Assembly: GCA_032718475.1 (NCBI GenBank)
Contig: JAUCBJ010007680.1
Location: 1 to 64,000 of the forward strand
Length of the DNA stretch: 64,000 nucleotides
Direction of reading: 5' to 3'
DNA from: Nemertoderma westbladi
Taxonomy: Eukaryota; Animalia; Xenacoelomorpha
Position numbers and translations under genes: made by a program
Notes under the pieces: generated by a model
What the model was told of the DNA's origin: nothing
Databases searched by the model: none
Seen by the model: the letters and a program-made list of their open reading frames with translations, nothing else
Shown here: in pieces, positions 10,843-23,626 of the stretch
Layout: the number at the start of each line of letters is the position of its first letter
How positions within the stretch are numbered: position 1 is the stretch's first letter

Positions 10843-13146
10843 CATGACCTACTATAGATATGACCCGCCAAGCTGCTGCAAAGCCCCTAAATTTACTGGG
10901 CCAGTTATTTCTCTTAGATAGAACCCCTGAAACAATATGTCTAGCACGTCGAAAGTACTTGTCCATAACTAAAATTATGTCCTCTTTCAGTTGAGACAAA
11001 TAAAAATTTAATAGCTCCAGTATAGTTTTCGAGATATGAGGAGTTCCTGGCACCCATGCCATATCACTACTTTTCGGAATTGATAAAATTACTCAAAATA
11101 CATCACCTTTCAAGACTTTGGTATAACCATTAACCTTATTAAACCCGGGGGGGGGTCAATATGACCCCTCCCGTGGTTTTTTTATTATAATTTTGAAACA
11201 AACGCAGTTGGAATTCTGAAATTTTATGACTTTTCCTAAAAATCTATTGTCTTCCTAGTAGTGAAAACCGCTTTCAAAAATATTGGGTAGTTTTCGAGTT
11301 ATAGCACCATTTTTTAACCCTACTTTTGGCACTTTTTTTGAGACGTTTTTTGAAAATTACATTTCATTAAATATTAATTGTAACATCTCTATTTTTTATT
11401 TACACCGGTTTTTTGGTGTTAGCAATTGGATGGAATTCATATAAATTGATTTAGAAATTTCAAACTTGTTTTTTTCGGCGAGTGCCAAATTTTGGTGCCA
11501 GCACCAAATTTTGAAATATGTCAATTTTGTAAATTGATTGTTTGAAACTTGTTTTTTACGCAATTAGGGTATTTTGGGGTTCTGGTTTCGATGAAATATA
11601 TACGAGTTGCACCAAGCGTATCAAACTTGTATTTTTCGGTGCTGTGTGCAAATTTTGGTGCTAGCACGAAATTTTGAAAATCCATTCAATAGATAAAATT
11701 GCTTGTGACAATTTATTTCTTGCATTTTAGAGGTTTATGGCTGTTCTGAATTCAATGGAATATATAATTATCGAACTTGACATCTCAAACTTGTATTTTT
11801 CGGAAGTGGGTGCAAAATGTGGTGCTAGCACCAAATTTTGAAAACCATCAAATATATCAATTGATTGTGTCATCTTGTTTCTTGCGTTATACGGGTTTGT
11901 TAGGGTTCTGAATTCAATGGAATCAGTAAAAATTTCATAAGAGTTTTCAAACTTGTATTTTTCGTCGGTGGGTGAAAATTGTTGTTTTGCACCAAATTTT
12001 GGAAAATGAGTAAATTGATCAGTAGATAGTATCATCTTGTTTCTTGCGTTATACGTTTTTATGAGGGTCCTGAATCCGATGGAAACAATAAAAACAGCAC
12101 TGGACATCGCAAACTTGTACTTTTTGGTGATGGGTACGAAATTTGGTGCTAGCACCAAAATTTGTCAAATTACGCCGAAAAATACAAGTAGCAATGATCT
12201 AGCATATTTGAAATGTATTCCATTAGAATCAGCGCCCTAGAAAACCTAAAAATGTGAATTTATAGCATCGTATAAGTGAATTAAAAATTTTGTGTTCTAA
12301 CTGAAAAGTGCTGGTTACTTGTTTTTTTCATTTTTTTCCTACGCATAGAGGACTAAACAGCCATTTATGGTAATCATATCATTTTTAAATATTTTCCAAT
12401 GTATTTTGCGCCCCAGAAAACCAGTATTGAAAAACAATTAGCCGAAAAATGTAACTTTCAAATTTTGTGAAAATTGTGCACTACTTGTAATTTTGGTGCT
12501 GCAATATTACCACTCCAGTCCATTTTTTTGAAAATTTTTTTTTTCGGTCGAATCCAGACTAGTGATACCTACGTACAAACAAAAAATCAGACGTTTTCGA
12601 TAATATTTGTAGATTTTAGAGGGAGGGGTCAATATGACCCCCTCCCGGTATTTGTACAGCATTTTATAGCCCGGTACTAATAGGGTTAAAACATATTATG
12701 CTTTTTTGGTTAGTCGAATTAATTATTAGTAATCAAAAGCGAAATTAGAATAAAATCTGATAATAAAATCTCAAAATGAAAATTTTGCTTCTAATCTTGC
12801 CTTCAATTACTAATAATGAATTCAACAAAGACAAAAAAGTATAGTATAGTTTAATGGTTATACCAAAGTCTTTAAAAGGGTGATGTATTTTGTGTAATTT
12901 TATCAATTCCAAAAGGTGTTGATATGGTATGGGTGCCAGGGATGCCTAATATCTTGAAATCTAATTGAGTTATTAAATTTTTATTTGCCTCATTTGAAAG
13001 AGGACATAATTTTATCTAAGGACAGTACTTTCAACGCGCTAGACATATTGTTTCAGCTTCAGGGGTTCTATCTAAGAGAAATAACTGACCCATTAAATGT
13101 AGGGGCTTTGCAGCAGCTTGGCGGGTCAAATCTATAGTAGGTCATG
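10843..13146. mobile_element. Non-autonomous P/Galileo-like foldback DNA transposon, almost fully palindromic
   Basis: Termini are CATGACCTACTATAG...CTATAGTAGGTCATG, with long arms (10843-11133 plus 12690-~12765 versus ~12775-13146). There is an exact 7-bp TSD ACTTATC at 10836-10842 and 13147-13153. Confidence 0.85.
11134..12685. mobile_element. piggyBac-like non-autonomous element nested in the foldback element
   Basis: TTAA at 11130-11133 and 12686-12689. Ends are CCTTATTA.../...TAATAGGG, with GGGGTCAATATGACCCC palindromes near both ends and internal ~170-bp degenerate repeats. The host arm resumes after excising it. Confidence 0.8.
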
Positions 13147-14249
13147 ACTTATCTGAGTGGGTTTAATAAAATAACAAACTTTAAAATATTTAAAAAAATA
13201 CCAACACAAAGAAAGAATGCCTAGTGCATTATACAAATATTTCTATCAACGCACAATTAAAGACACAATGGTCCTCAATTTCAATATAACTATTTCATTA
13301 AACAAGCCTACTCAATAAAGAATGATTGAGATTGAGCTACGATCTACCAGTTCACTATAAAACTAAAACTTGCGTATTTATTATGTACTGTAGGCCTAAC
13401 CCTATGTACTGTATTCCCTACACTTTACTGTCTATAGGTTGTTGTAACAGGTCCAAGGGGCAGGCAAATTGCCCAATGAGGAGTAATTGAATGTGTAGTA
13501 GTTAGTCCATCAATAGGCATAGGCTTATCAATTATTGATGACGGGACGGTTAATAATTGATTAGATTCCCTATTTTAACATTTGTATACATATGAATCCT
13601 CCTCCGCTCTGCAGTACGAGGACTAGCTGCAGCATCATTATTGTCATACAACATCTATCCATGCATAGTTGACATGGTAAATGAACGCTGTTGCATGTGT
13701 TGTAAAACACATTCGTTGGTCCTTCGCGCAGCACGAGACTCAGTCAACCTGATAAGCTGTAACCCGTGTACTTGTTTGTATTTACAATAAGCCGCCATGG
13801 AACTTCAGAATCTCTCTAAACCTTTGACAGACCACATGTTTACCAAGTTTGGTTTAATTTCATCAATGATTGGCCGACGTTTTTCGCTTTTCGCCAAATG
13901 TCTGAAACTACCGGTACCGACTAGCAGCAGACTGCTAACTGCAGATGGTATAAGACCTCATCAAAACTCAGTCTGAGGTCTAGAATATATGTTTCAGGTA
14001 TCAATCGGGAAGATATGAATATAAACAATAATTCGGAATGACTGAAGGTTTTCATTCCAGACATTTCTGGATAAAACGTTTTCATTTCAGCCCACTAGCT
14101 GAATAACTACCGATGGATTAGCGTCCCCACAAACACGTAGGCAATTCATGGTCTAGCACGTACTGTATATCTGCCAAGTTTCAGCTTGAACGGATAACCG
14201 TAACCGCCGTTGGAATCGTAATAATATCCCACAAGCGAACCCGTCGAAT

Positions 14250-15202
14250 ATGGCCCTCCTCGCCCGTCAACTGAAGGATGAGGAAAGCGAGCATAGCAAA
14301 CGAAAGAACAACCTTGTTGTAAAAGGACATACAGCAAATGATAATGTAACTCAACTAATCATTAACATTGCATTTTCCCTCAATGTCGACTTAGCTGAAA
14401 TAACTACGAAAAACATTAGAAGAAATGAAGATGGAAATTTGCCACCAATAGTAATCGTAACTCTACCTGCAGTGAAAAGGTCAATGATTTTGAGGAAGGC
14501 GCGTGAACTACGACAATCTGAGAATTACAGCCATATATATATATATCTCAAGATTATGTGTGAGTAAACATTGCCTTTCCTTATAGCCTACTAGTAAAAC
14601 TTGGCAACCAACACGTTTTTCTATGACTGTGTATAACATATTAAGCCATATTTCATCATGAACACCAGCTGTTATTTTACCATTGCTTTTAATTTCGCGA
14701 CAAAACAATGTCAAAAAACTAAATATATCGAATAACACATATAGAATCGATCTGAAATTTTGTAACGCGATTATGAACCACCAAAGCAATGTACTTGCAA
14801 AATTTCATCAAAATCGCCAGGCAGGAAGTGCCTTAACCTAGATAATTATCAGTCAGTCAGTATGTCAGTCAGTGTAAAGTATCCTGAGATTTTTACAGAA
14901 AGTATCCCTGAGATTCTTACAGTAAGTATCCCGCTGTCAAGCGGGCTCCTAATTATACACCAGCGGAAAGCAAGCTCCAATATGAGATCCGTGAAAAACG
15001 ACGTGCACTGATCACACAACAACCTGATAAGCAGTGGATAATCTACCGAGGCCAAGTCAAAGATGCGGCTACGATCAAACAAGCCACTCGAGGACAACCT
15101 ACACCACTTTCACCTAACGATCAAACACAATCGTCTCGCGTATTCTACAGATCTCCCCCATCAACCCAACCAACAGTCGATCTAACTCAGTCCCTGGATT
15201 GA
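14250..15202 (+). pseudogene. LINE ORF1 C-terminal part (RRM/CTD-like), interrupted by a ~400-bp insertion
   Basis: KRKNNLVVKG..PIVIVTL..ILRKARELRQSENYSHIYI (to ~14543) resumes at 14945 as APNYTPAESKLQYEIREKRR..KQWIIYRGQV and ends at TGA 15200-15202. Confidence 0.75.
14544..14944 (-). mobile_element. Short insertion resembling a Helentron/DINE-1-type non-autonomous element
   Basis: It splits ORF1. It has a terminal hairpin CCCGCTGTCAAGCGGG, short AAGTATCC repeats and a (CAGT)n microsatellite. The family assignment is inference. Confidence 0.55.
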
Positions 15203-18200
15203 CTTCGTGTATTTTCTTCACCTGTTGCTGTGAGCTCCACTAACTCGGCTGTCTCACATTCAGATATTGCTCACTTGACTGCTCGAAGCTCAAGAATCTC
15301 AGATTTGGTTGACTCCGGCAACATTATTGACCAAGTAGCTACTGCTCAAGCAACTGACTGCAATGGTGATCAGCATATACAACCTCGAAGTCCATGTGAC
15401 CAACATCGAGCAATATCTTTCAGCAATGTCAATGCACGTTCCATACGCAACAAAATCCCAAACATCATGGACTACGTCATCACTAAACGTATCAACATAT
15501 GTGCTGTTACAGAGAATTGGCTAAGTAGTGACGATGATGCGGTTCAGGCACTTTGTCAAATCGCCGGATATTCTCTATTCGATTCACCCAGGCGAACTGG
15601 CAGGGGTGGCGGGACAGGGATAATTGCAGCACATCCATTCCACGCTAAACTTAGTCAAGACGGCGTGTTTGATTCTTTTGAATACTCAACATGGAAAATC
15701 TACAACGTAAAGAAACTAATATTTATTATTGTAATAATTTATCGACGCCCATATTCTACTAACCACCCTGTAACAGTTCAACAGTTTATCATTGATTTCC
15801 CTGATTCATCGAACCTCTACTCACAATTAAGCCGAAAATAATTATAACTGGCGACTTCAATATCCATATAAATGATGCTAATGACAACTACACTGCGAAA
15901 TTCCTGGATCAAATAGCTGGCATTGGCCTCACCCAACATGTCACGGTTCCGACTCATATATCAGGAAATACCATTGACTTAATCATCACACGGAACAATA
16001 ATGAGCTACTAATCAGTAAACCATCCATAGGCGAGCAATTATCTGATCATTACTTTGTGAACGCTCTCATCAAACACCCATTCTCTCTACCGACAATTAA
16101 AACGGTGACCTCTCGCAACCTTAAGGATATAAATCTGGAAAAGTTTCGGATGGACATACAACAGTCGGCATTATGTAAACAACACATCTACTCAACGCTC
16201 AATGTGGAATCCTCGGTGACTATGTACAATGATGAACTAACATCTATCATTGACCAACACGCACCATTAACCACCAGAAATATAAAAGTTCGCAACTCAA
16301 ACCCCTGGTACAACGGCGCGCTCAGCGAATTAAAGCGAAAACGACGACAGGCAGAAAGAAAATGGAGACGGACTCGGCTGCCGCTCGACGCTGCTTACCT
16401 AGCTGCTGCTCGTGATCGTTACAGCCACGCCATAGCGAACGCCCAGAAAAAGTTCTACACCGATAAAATCATCGCATGCGGCAAAGATCAGAAACAACTT
16501 TTCACATTCATAAAAACACTCACTATACCAACTGCAGAGCAAGAACTTCCTGCCCCTCACAGCTCACTCTCACTTCCTGATTCTTTTGGTGATTTCTTTG
16601 TTAACAAAATTGAAAAGATTCGTGATGAACTATCAGTGATCCGAACTGAAATTAACAATGTACCGGTGTCATATAATGACGATGATGTTCCTCTGACTAC
16701 AGCTGAATTCTCATGTTTTTCTCCGTGTACTGAAGAAGCTGTAAACAAACTGATTATGAATGCGCCCAACAAACAGTGCCCCCTTGATCCCATCCCGACT
16801 TTCATCTTAAAACAAGTAATAACTGAACTGTTGCCTTTGATTACCAACATTGTAAACAAATCAATAACAACAGGAAGTTTTCCTGAACAATGGCGTGAAG
16901 CAATAATTACAGCAGCCCTAAAGAATGTGAAACTCGAGTCCATAATATTCCAGAATTTTCGACCAGTCAGTGGATTGGCTTTTTTATCGAAACTCACTGA
17001 ACGCGCAGCTATATCTCAGCTAATGCCGCACATCAAGCCTCTGTTTCCCATCAACCAATCAGCGTACATGCAGAACCACAGCACAGAAACGACCCTTCTC
17101 CGTGTGCATTCAGATATTTTAATGGCCATGGACGACCAACGAGTAACACTTTTAGTTTTCCTAGATTTGAGTGCTGCTTTTGATACTGTTGATCGCAAAA
17201 CTCTTCTCGACGTACTACGAACGAAAATGAATATAACCGATGTGGCTCACCAGTGGTTCACAGAATATCTTACAAATAGAACTCAGCGTGTGATAATCAA
17301 AGGATGCTGCTCAAAATCACTATGTGTCCGCCATGGGTTTCCCCAGGGCTCGTGCCTTGGCTGCATATTGTTTATAATATACGTAACGGCAATATACCAG
17401 ATAATCGAACGCCATCTACCGGACGTACAAGGTTACGCCGATGATAACCAACTATATCTTTCTTTTAAACCTGACAGTGAATCGAACGAGAACGGAGCGG
17501 TAAAAGCTATGGAACTGTGCATTGATGAACTTCGCAATTGGTTCATAAACAACTGGCTAAAAATAAATGATACCAAAACGGAATTTCTAATTATCGGTAC
17601 TGATCAGCAACTATCGAAAGTAAATACATCATCAATTACAGTTGGCGGCCACACAATAAATAAAACTGACAACGTTCGCAACCTTGGCGCTTATTTTGAT
17701 AGTACAATGTCTATGAACACCTTTGTCACCAAAACGTGTAGCAGTGCATTCTATCACCTGAGAAATATACAGCGAATTCGACCGTTTTTAAACAAGACAA
17801 CTACCGAGTCACTGATACACGCGTTTATATCGTCCAAACTAGACTATTGTAATGCACTTTATTACGGAATTCCGGACTATCAAATAGCGCGTCTACAACG
17901 GGTTCAAAACGCGGCCGCTCGTTTGGTTTCGGGTGTTCGAAAGTTTGAACACATAACGCCCACGCTGAAAGCACTGCATTGGCTGCCAGTAAAGAAGCGG
18001 ATTGAATATAAAATAATACTCATTGTTTTTAAATCCCTCCACAACAAAGCGCCGAAATACATCGATGAACTCATCAGCGTCTACCGCTCACCATACCATA
18101 GTCGATCTACTGATGCGCTTGTACTCCGTGTTCCGCCGCACAAACACGCCACACTCGGCCGTCGCGCCTTTGCAGTGTCCGGCCCAACCCTGTGGAACCA

Positions 18201-18291
18201 GCTACCGCGGCACATTCGCCTCACTCCAACAATAGATGAATTTAAATCACTGCTAAAAACGCACCTATTTAAGACAAGTTATTCTTATTAG
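15203..18291 (+). CDS. LINE ORF2: AP endonuclease + reverse transcriptase, one frameshift near 15805
   Basis: EN motifs NVNARSIRNK, VTENWL, GGGTG, IYRRP, then in the shifted frame TGDFNIH, TIDLI, SDHY. RT motifs FRPVS, QSAY, LDLSAAFDTVD, GFPQGS, YADD. L2-type C-terminus LHWLPV..RI.YK and FKSLLKTHLF. Confidence 0.92.
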
Positions 18292-18939
18292 TTCATTTTT
18301 TCATATTTTTCGTTTTAACATCGCCATTTGTTTTAACCCCGCCAACATTCGTTTTAACTCATCTTTATTTGTTTTAACCCCGCCAGCGTCGTTTTAACTC
18401 ATCCTTCATTTGTTTTTCAACGCCAGCATTAGTTATAAACTCATACGTCATTTGTTTTATAGAACTCGTCGGCGTTTGTTTTAACTTGTCCTTCAATTGT
18501 TTCAACTCGGCCAACAACCCATTGTTTGTTTTAACTCAATACTTGTCTGTTTTTAATTATGACATATTTATTTTTACTTCATTGATTGCCTTTCGTGCAG
18601 CGCCTAGAATAATTAGTATCATTTTTAAATAGGCGCTATTTAAATTATACATTATTATTATTATTATTATAACAAATGACGAAATTATCGATTTTCACTT
18701 TCAAACCTAGCGGCAAACTTTAGAAGTGCAGATTCAACAGCGTCCCTCAAAGTCGCAGCCAGTGTTCTAATATTGTGTTCTACAGTAGTTTCAGACAGAT
18801 TAAACAAGATTAAAACAGATTAAGATCACGGAAATCAAAAGCAAGAGGTGTTCTACAGTAGTATCTGACAAGTTTCAGCTTGAACGGATCATAAGTAAGA
18901 AATGGGGGAAGAATTTCAAATATAAAAAATTAATGTTAA

Positions 18940-19137
18940 GCCGACAGCTATCAGCCAACAGGTATCAATATCAATCGACAGGTAGCAGCAGATATCAGCC
19001 GGCAGCTATCAGCCAACAGGTATCAGCAAACAGGTATCAGCATAACAGGTATCAACATCAACCGACATGTATCAGACGACAGGTATCAGCCGACATCTAT
19101 CAGCCAACAGCTTATTAGCCGACAGTATATCAGCCAG
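18940..19137. repeat. Degenerate short tandem repeat (RCAGGTATCAGCC-like units)
   Basis: Repeated CAGGTATCA/TATCAGCCGACA motifs; they generate the low-complexity ORF 18933..19118. Confidence 0.65.
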
Positions 19138-19241
19138 TAAGTCATGGGGCGATCGTCATAGCAGATTTAAATTAATATTAAATTAAATTCCCTACGTACT
19201 ACATACACTACAATGTCCGAGAAACGATTGGCGGACTTAGC

Positions 19242-20488
19242 TGTTCGCGCTTTTGAAGACCTTTAGCAGTTTAACCTGCCAAAATTTATATGTCTTTTAG
19301 TTAATTAAAACACCTTTAGCATACGACAATATTTTATGCTAATACGCAAAACATTAGCCGAAGTCAGCCCATGCGCGATCATTCACCCGATGGATCTACA
19401 CCCGGGAGGCTGAATTCGGATGCTTAAATTTTATTATTGCAGTGTAAGGTTGCAGTGTATACCTACTGTATTATTCGATAGATCGTTAATAATTAATCTC
19501 TGACAGATATTATTGGCTTTCGGGAAATATTAACAGTTCCTTTAGGACGTGGCGCTTTATCTATTTAAACAGAACTAAGACTTATACTAAAACGCAACGA
19601 TACTGCTTATGATTGAAGTATAAAGCGTATTCTTTAGGAAATACTTTGTTACCAATCACAATCATACACACTATTCTGCCGACCGTCAGTATATTTGATC
19701 ACACATAAAGAGAGCAGCAATTGACTCACGTAGGGTCTGCTAAATAACATTGGATTCAATACACACCACATTAATATAAATCGCAATTGTTATGTATAGC
19801 CGGTCTCTCTAACCTGTAGTGTATCAAGAAAATTGGGAATTTGGGTGATTTATCCGTATTATCCAAAGAGCAATATTTCCATCAACAAATAGGTACAATT
19901 AATAACTGACGGTAAAATAACAGTACAAACAATATGATTAATGCAATTAAATTAAGTGAGCATGTTAATTAGTGAGTTATTGAGATTAGTTAGGGTAACA
20001 GTTTATACTTTCGATAATTTAAGCAGTTTTACTAGAGTTCTTCCAAAAAGCCGGTGTTTCTGGCTTAGACAGCAATAACAACAAAGTATCAAGTAAAAGC
20101 AGTAAGACTGAACACTCTCCTTATGATCGACCGAAAAGCTACACGTCGACAGGAAAAATCGCTCTGATTGGCTCAAGCCAAACAAAGAACCATGCATCCA
20201 ATGGCTGTTTCCATGTCAGCAACCAGCTGTTAGATGTCGTAATATGAATCATCACGGCTAAGCTGTGAAAGGTAGTTGGTGCATTACAGGTTTTTTGCCT
20301 TACCATGTCCGCCAAAACACGTATATAGCAGAATGACTTTTATGTCCGTTAAAACACCTGTAACGGTACCTTGCGGGCGAGGGGAATATATATACAGTTA
20401 GAGAACCTTTTTAGAGTATTCCAGCGCCTGGGGGGAAACTGGATTGCGAAGCAAAAGGGGCCAGTTAGATCCCACAGAAGCTTTTACA
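19242..20488 (-). repeat. 3' LTR
   Basis: TGTTCGCGC...CTTTTACA; matches 29993..31238 apart from scattered substitutions and two short divergent patches. Confidence 0.9.
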
Positions 20489-20566
20489 CCGCTCCCAGAA
20501 AATGGGATTTAAGTCTATAAAATATACAAAATCACAGTTTCTAAAATATAAAAATACTCTAAACAG

Positions 20567-22005
20567 TTAGTCTTTCTTGCGCGGACGGCGTTTACGCAGT
20601 TTTTTAAAGCTAGCAAGAGTCCTTTTCTCTTTGGGGCGAGCCACTTTACGAGGAGGGCTATAACTCCTGGGTGAAGGGTGCAATATGATTGCATCAGAAG
20701 GTATGGGATTGCGATCGGTATATCCGCCGGTCGAAGTACCGGGTTGATTGACATCAACGTCCGGGGAGAGGGGTCTAACGGCTTTGAGAGCTCGTTTCAA
20801 GACAGCCGCTCTTACGGGTCCTTTACGAGTGGTCTGAACGAGGGCCGTGGGTGGACCATAGGCAGTTAGAAACTTCCTTGGTTTAATGGTTCTTTCCAAC
20901 TCGCGTTCGCGGGCTCTGTACTCGTAAGGCCGTCGATATACTTCCTGTAACTCAGGGTGTGAGTTGACAAATAAGTCTCCATAGGCCGGATCTTGACGGA
21001 TAAAGTTTATTAAGTTATACGAATTGATGTCACTCGGATTAATGCTCCTGAGGAATTTGCGTACATATTTGGTTGAAATACATTCTCCAACGCGCTTCAA
21101 TAGTTCATAACTTGATAGGCGCGATTTCTGCTCGACGGAGGCAAACAAATATGGATGGAACGCATAAACTCCTTCGTAGGCGCGTCCAGGATAATAGCGA
21201 TGGCGTGAATCACAATATAAATCAGTGTTCGCTTCCCAAGCTCTGATGTAACGTAGTGTGATCATTTCATCTACGCTTTCCAAATCGTGATTAAAAGGGC
21301 AATCGAAACTGGCATGTCCCTTTAGTTGACAATGGTGACATTGAGTCATAAATTGAGGGCAAACGGCAAAAATGTGCAAATTATTAAATCTGCAATACGC
21401 GCAATAAATTTCCATCGCCGCTTGTTCGTGGAAATAGGAACAGCGGACGTTTGTGTCCATGGGAGTAACATGGTCTCTCGATGCGCATAACCGACAACGT
21501 TGCCGAGAAACATAGTTGGCATGGCGATAATCGTACGCAGTGAGACACTGTGGACCTTGATACCATAATCGTTGTCGCTGTTCCGAGCGCGATAGGCTGA
21601 ATCTCCTCAGATTCTAGACATATTGGTTCGCCTTCCCAGTCTGTTACGAATATAATTTTCGTGATCTATTCTCGGTTTATCGTTACGACGCCGCTGGGTA
21701 TGATATTTAAATAGAACCATTTCCCTTTCGGTGTCTACATCGTCCGTATCATGTAAATCGATAGGATGGCCGGTAGTTAAGAAGTCCATATACGTACCAT
21801 TACGATGCGTATAGCGAGCGGTTAATTTTCGATAGTCCAATTCACGCGTAAGTTGCTCTTGGGACATCGGCGGTTCGATATAACGACCATCATCCTCCGT
21901 AATAGTCGGATCGGCTTCACCGCTTATCAAGCTATCCACAAACGCTTGCAAAGGTAGAGTATATCGCTCTCTAATACCAAGGTCATCTTCTATCAATTCC
22001 GTCAT
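20567..22005 (-). CDS. Accessory zinc-knuckle protein in the BEL element, probably one gene with a frameshift near 21610
   Basis: The frame of ORF 20567..21460 stays open without an ATG up to ~21612, giving RCRLCASRDH, and overlaps the end of ORF 21607..22005. It also has CAYC..H..C and CHHCQLKGHASFDC knuckles and a basic tail KKLRKRRPRKKD. Confidence 0.6.
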
Positions 22006-23626
22006 ATCTGCTATCTGAGTTTATTAATATCAATATGAGTTAATATTTTAGGCAAGCGGGCGTCGCTGCCTACTAGACTTTTGCCCCCGGACAGTGGGTT
22101 TCTCAGCGCCGATGTACCGCTGTCGCAGTGTTTACGCCAACATGTAGCAACAGCACGACAACGATAACCGGCACAAGTCCCACCACTGTCCGTCCCAAAG
22201 GCTTGAATCCACTTGAGGTTATCTCGGTAGAGTTAGGGCTATTTTACAATTGCGATTAGCTACTGTAAACACACTTTAGTAGTAACATTCACCTATAAAC
22301 GCACAAATTCCATATAATCATTACTTATTGCACACATGCATGCCATTTGTCCGTTAGTCAGTGTCTTCCAGAATGTCACGTTATTACTATGTATCCTTGG
22401 ATACTAATAGTGCGCTATGTATACTCTTATGCTACGCAATGGGGCAAGCTTTTATTGGTCTTTTAACTTGTTTCTAATTCTAGCGTGGGTGTTGCCATGG
22501 TGACATTATGGAAAAACTAGCGGTAGAATTAGGGCAATCCTCATGCATACAGATCTGGGATGTTATTTAATAGTAATTCTTTAATTGTCAATATCCTCTT
22601 TATGCATGATTTTATAAATTTTATCGGCTATTGACTATATGTTGGAGATTCTCACACTCTAGTACACTCAATATGAATCTCCGCTCCCATGATCTATTAA
22701 TTACTGGAATTTTGGGAATGTTATAAATTGTACAAAATGACAATTTATGAAATTCATTTGAATATGAATTTAAATTTATTCCCGTGAATTTTATTATTTG
22801 ATATTAAATTGACATAAATTTTATTCCAGAGCATATCTGGGGACTTAGGATCCTTAATTCTATAAAATAGTCCTTCTAAGAATATCGGTAAATACTGCGA
22901 TATTTTAATTGACTAGAAATTTTAAAGGATCGGGATTTTACAGATTTTAACAAAATATTAAATTAATATTTAGGATGGGCACCGATTTATTCCAGAACTT
23001 GTCTGGGGACGTTAACCACTGATTCTAGAATTTGTCTTTCAAGTATATCGGTGGGTGCCACGATATCTTAATCGACTAGAATTACAGATGGTCAAAAATT
23101 TAACAGATTTATTTGCGATTGATGCTACTGTTAGAGGGACATCACGCTACTATATGTATTATTTGTTGTAAGGTAGAAGAGCAATATCGCACGAAGCAAT
23201 GTCAGTGTGAAGAGGCAAGTCGTTTCCAAGGTCTACCCAGAGCTTGGTTTAGCCGAGACACGAGGATCTGAACTTTGCATTCCTAATACTCTGCCTACCA
23301 ATAATACTTAAATATAGTAGTGGCTTTATTGTACTTTAAGAAGTACTGACATGTCATCTTACTATAGTCTCGCATTTATAATATAATACGGACAGTAAGG
23401 AAAGAGAAAATAATTACTTCTTGCCGTCGCACTAAATATATTGTAAGTAATTAAATACGTAATAAACACTAATATATTGCACTAATTTACTAAATATTCT
23501 AAAATAACCTTCTACTAAATAAAATTAAAGAAAACGATTATAATAAAATTACATAATAATACATACATAAATAGAAAATAAAAACAAATATAAAATGATA
23601 TAGTCACACGCCCACTCCACATGCTA

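Larger units (their letters stand above)
14195..18670 (+). mobile_element. L2/CR1-group LINE, 5'-truncated in ORF1
   Basis: ORF1 fragment, APE endonuclease and RT, then a 3' stem-loop AGCGCCTA/TAGGCGCT (18599-18637) and a (TTA)n tail at ~18651-18670. The 5' boundary is approximate. Confidence 0.9.

Noticed and set aside
11727-12240. ORFs of 143 and 67 aa as a transposase
   Set aside because: They derive from internal repeats of the piggyBac-like MITE and show no DDD motifs.
14170-18890. AAGTTTCAGCTTGAACGGAT repeated on both sides of the LINE as a TSD
   Set aside because: The right copy lies ~200 bp beyond the (TTA)n tail, so it is more likely an internal repeat of an older element that the LINE inserted into.
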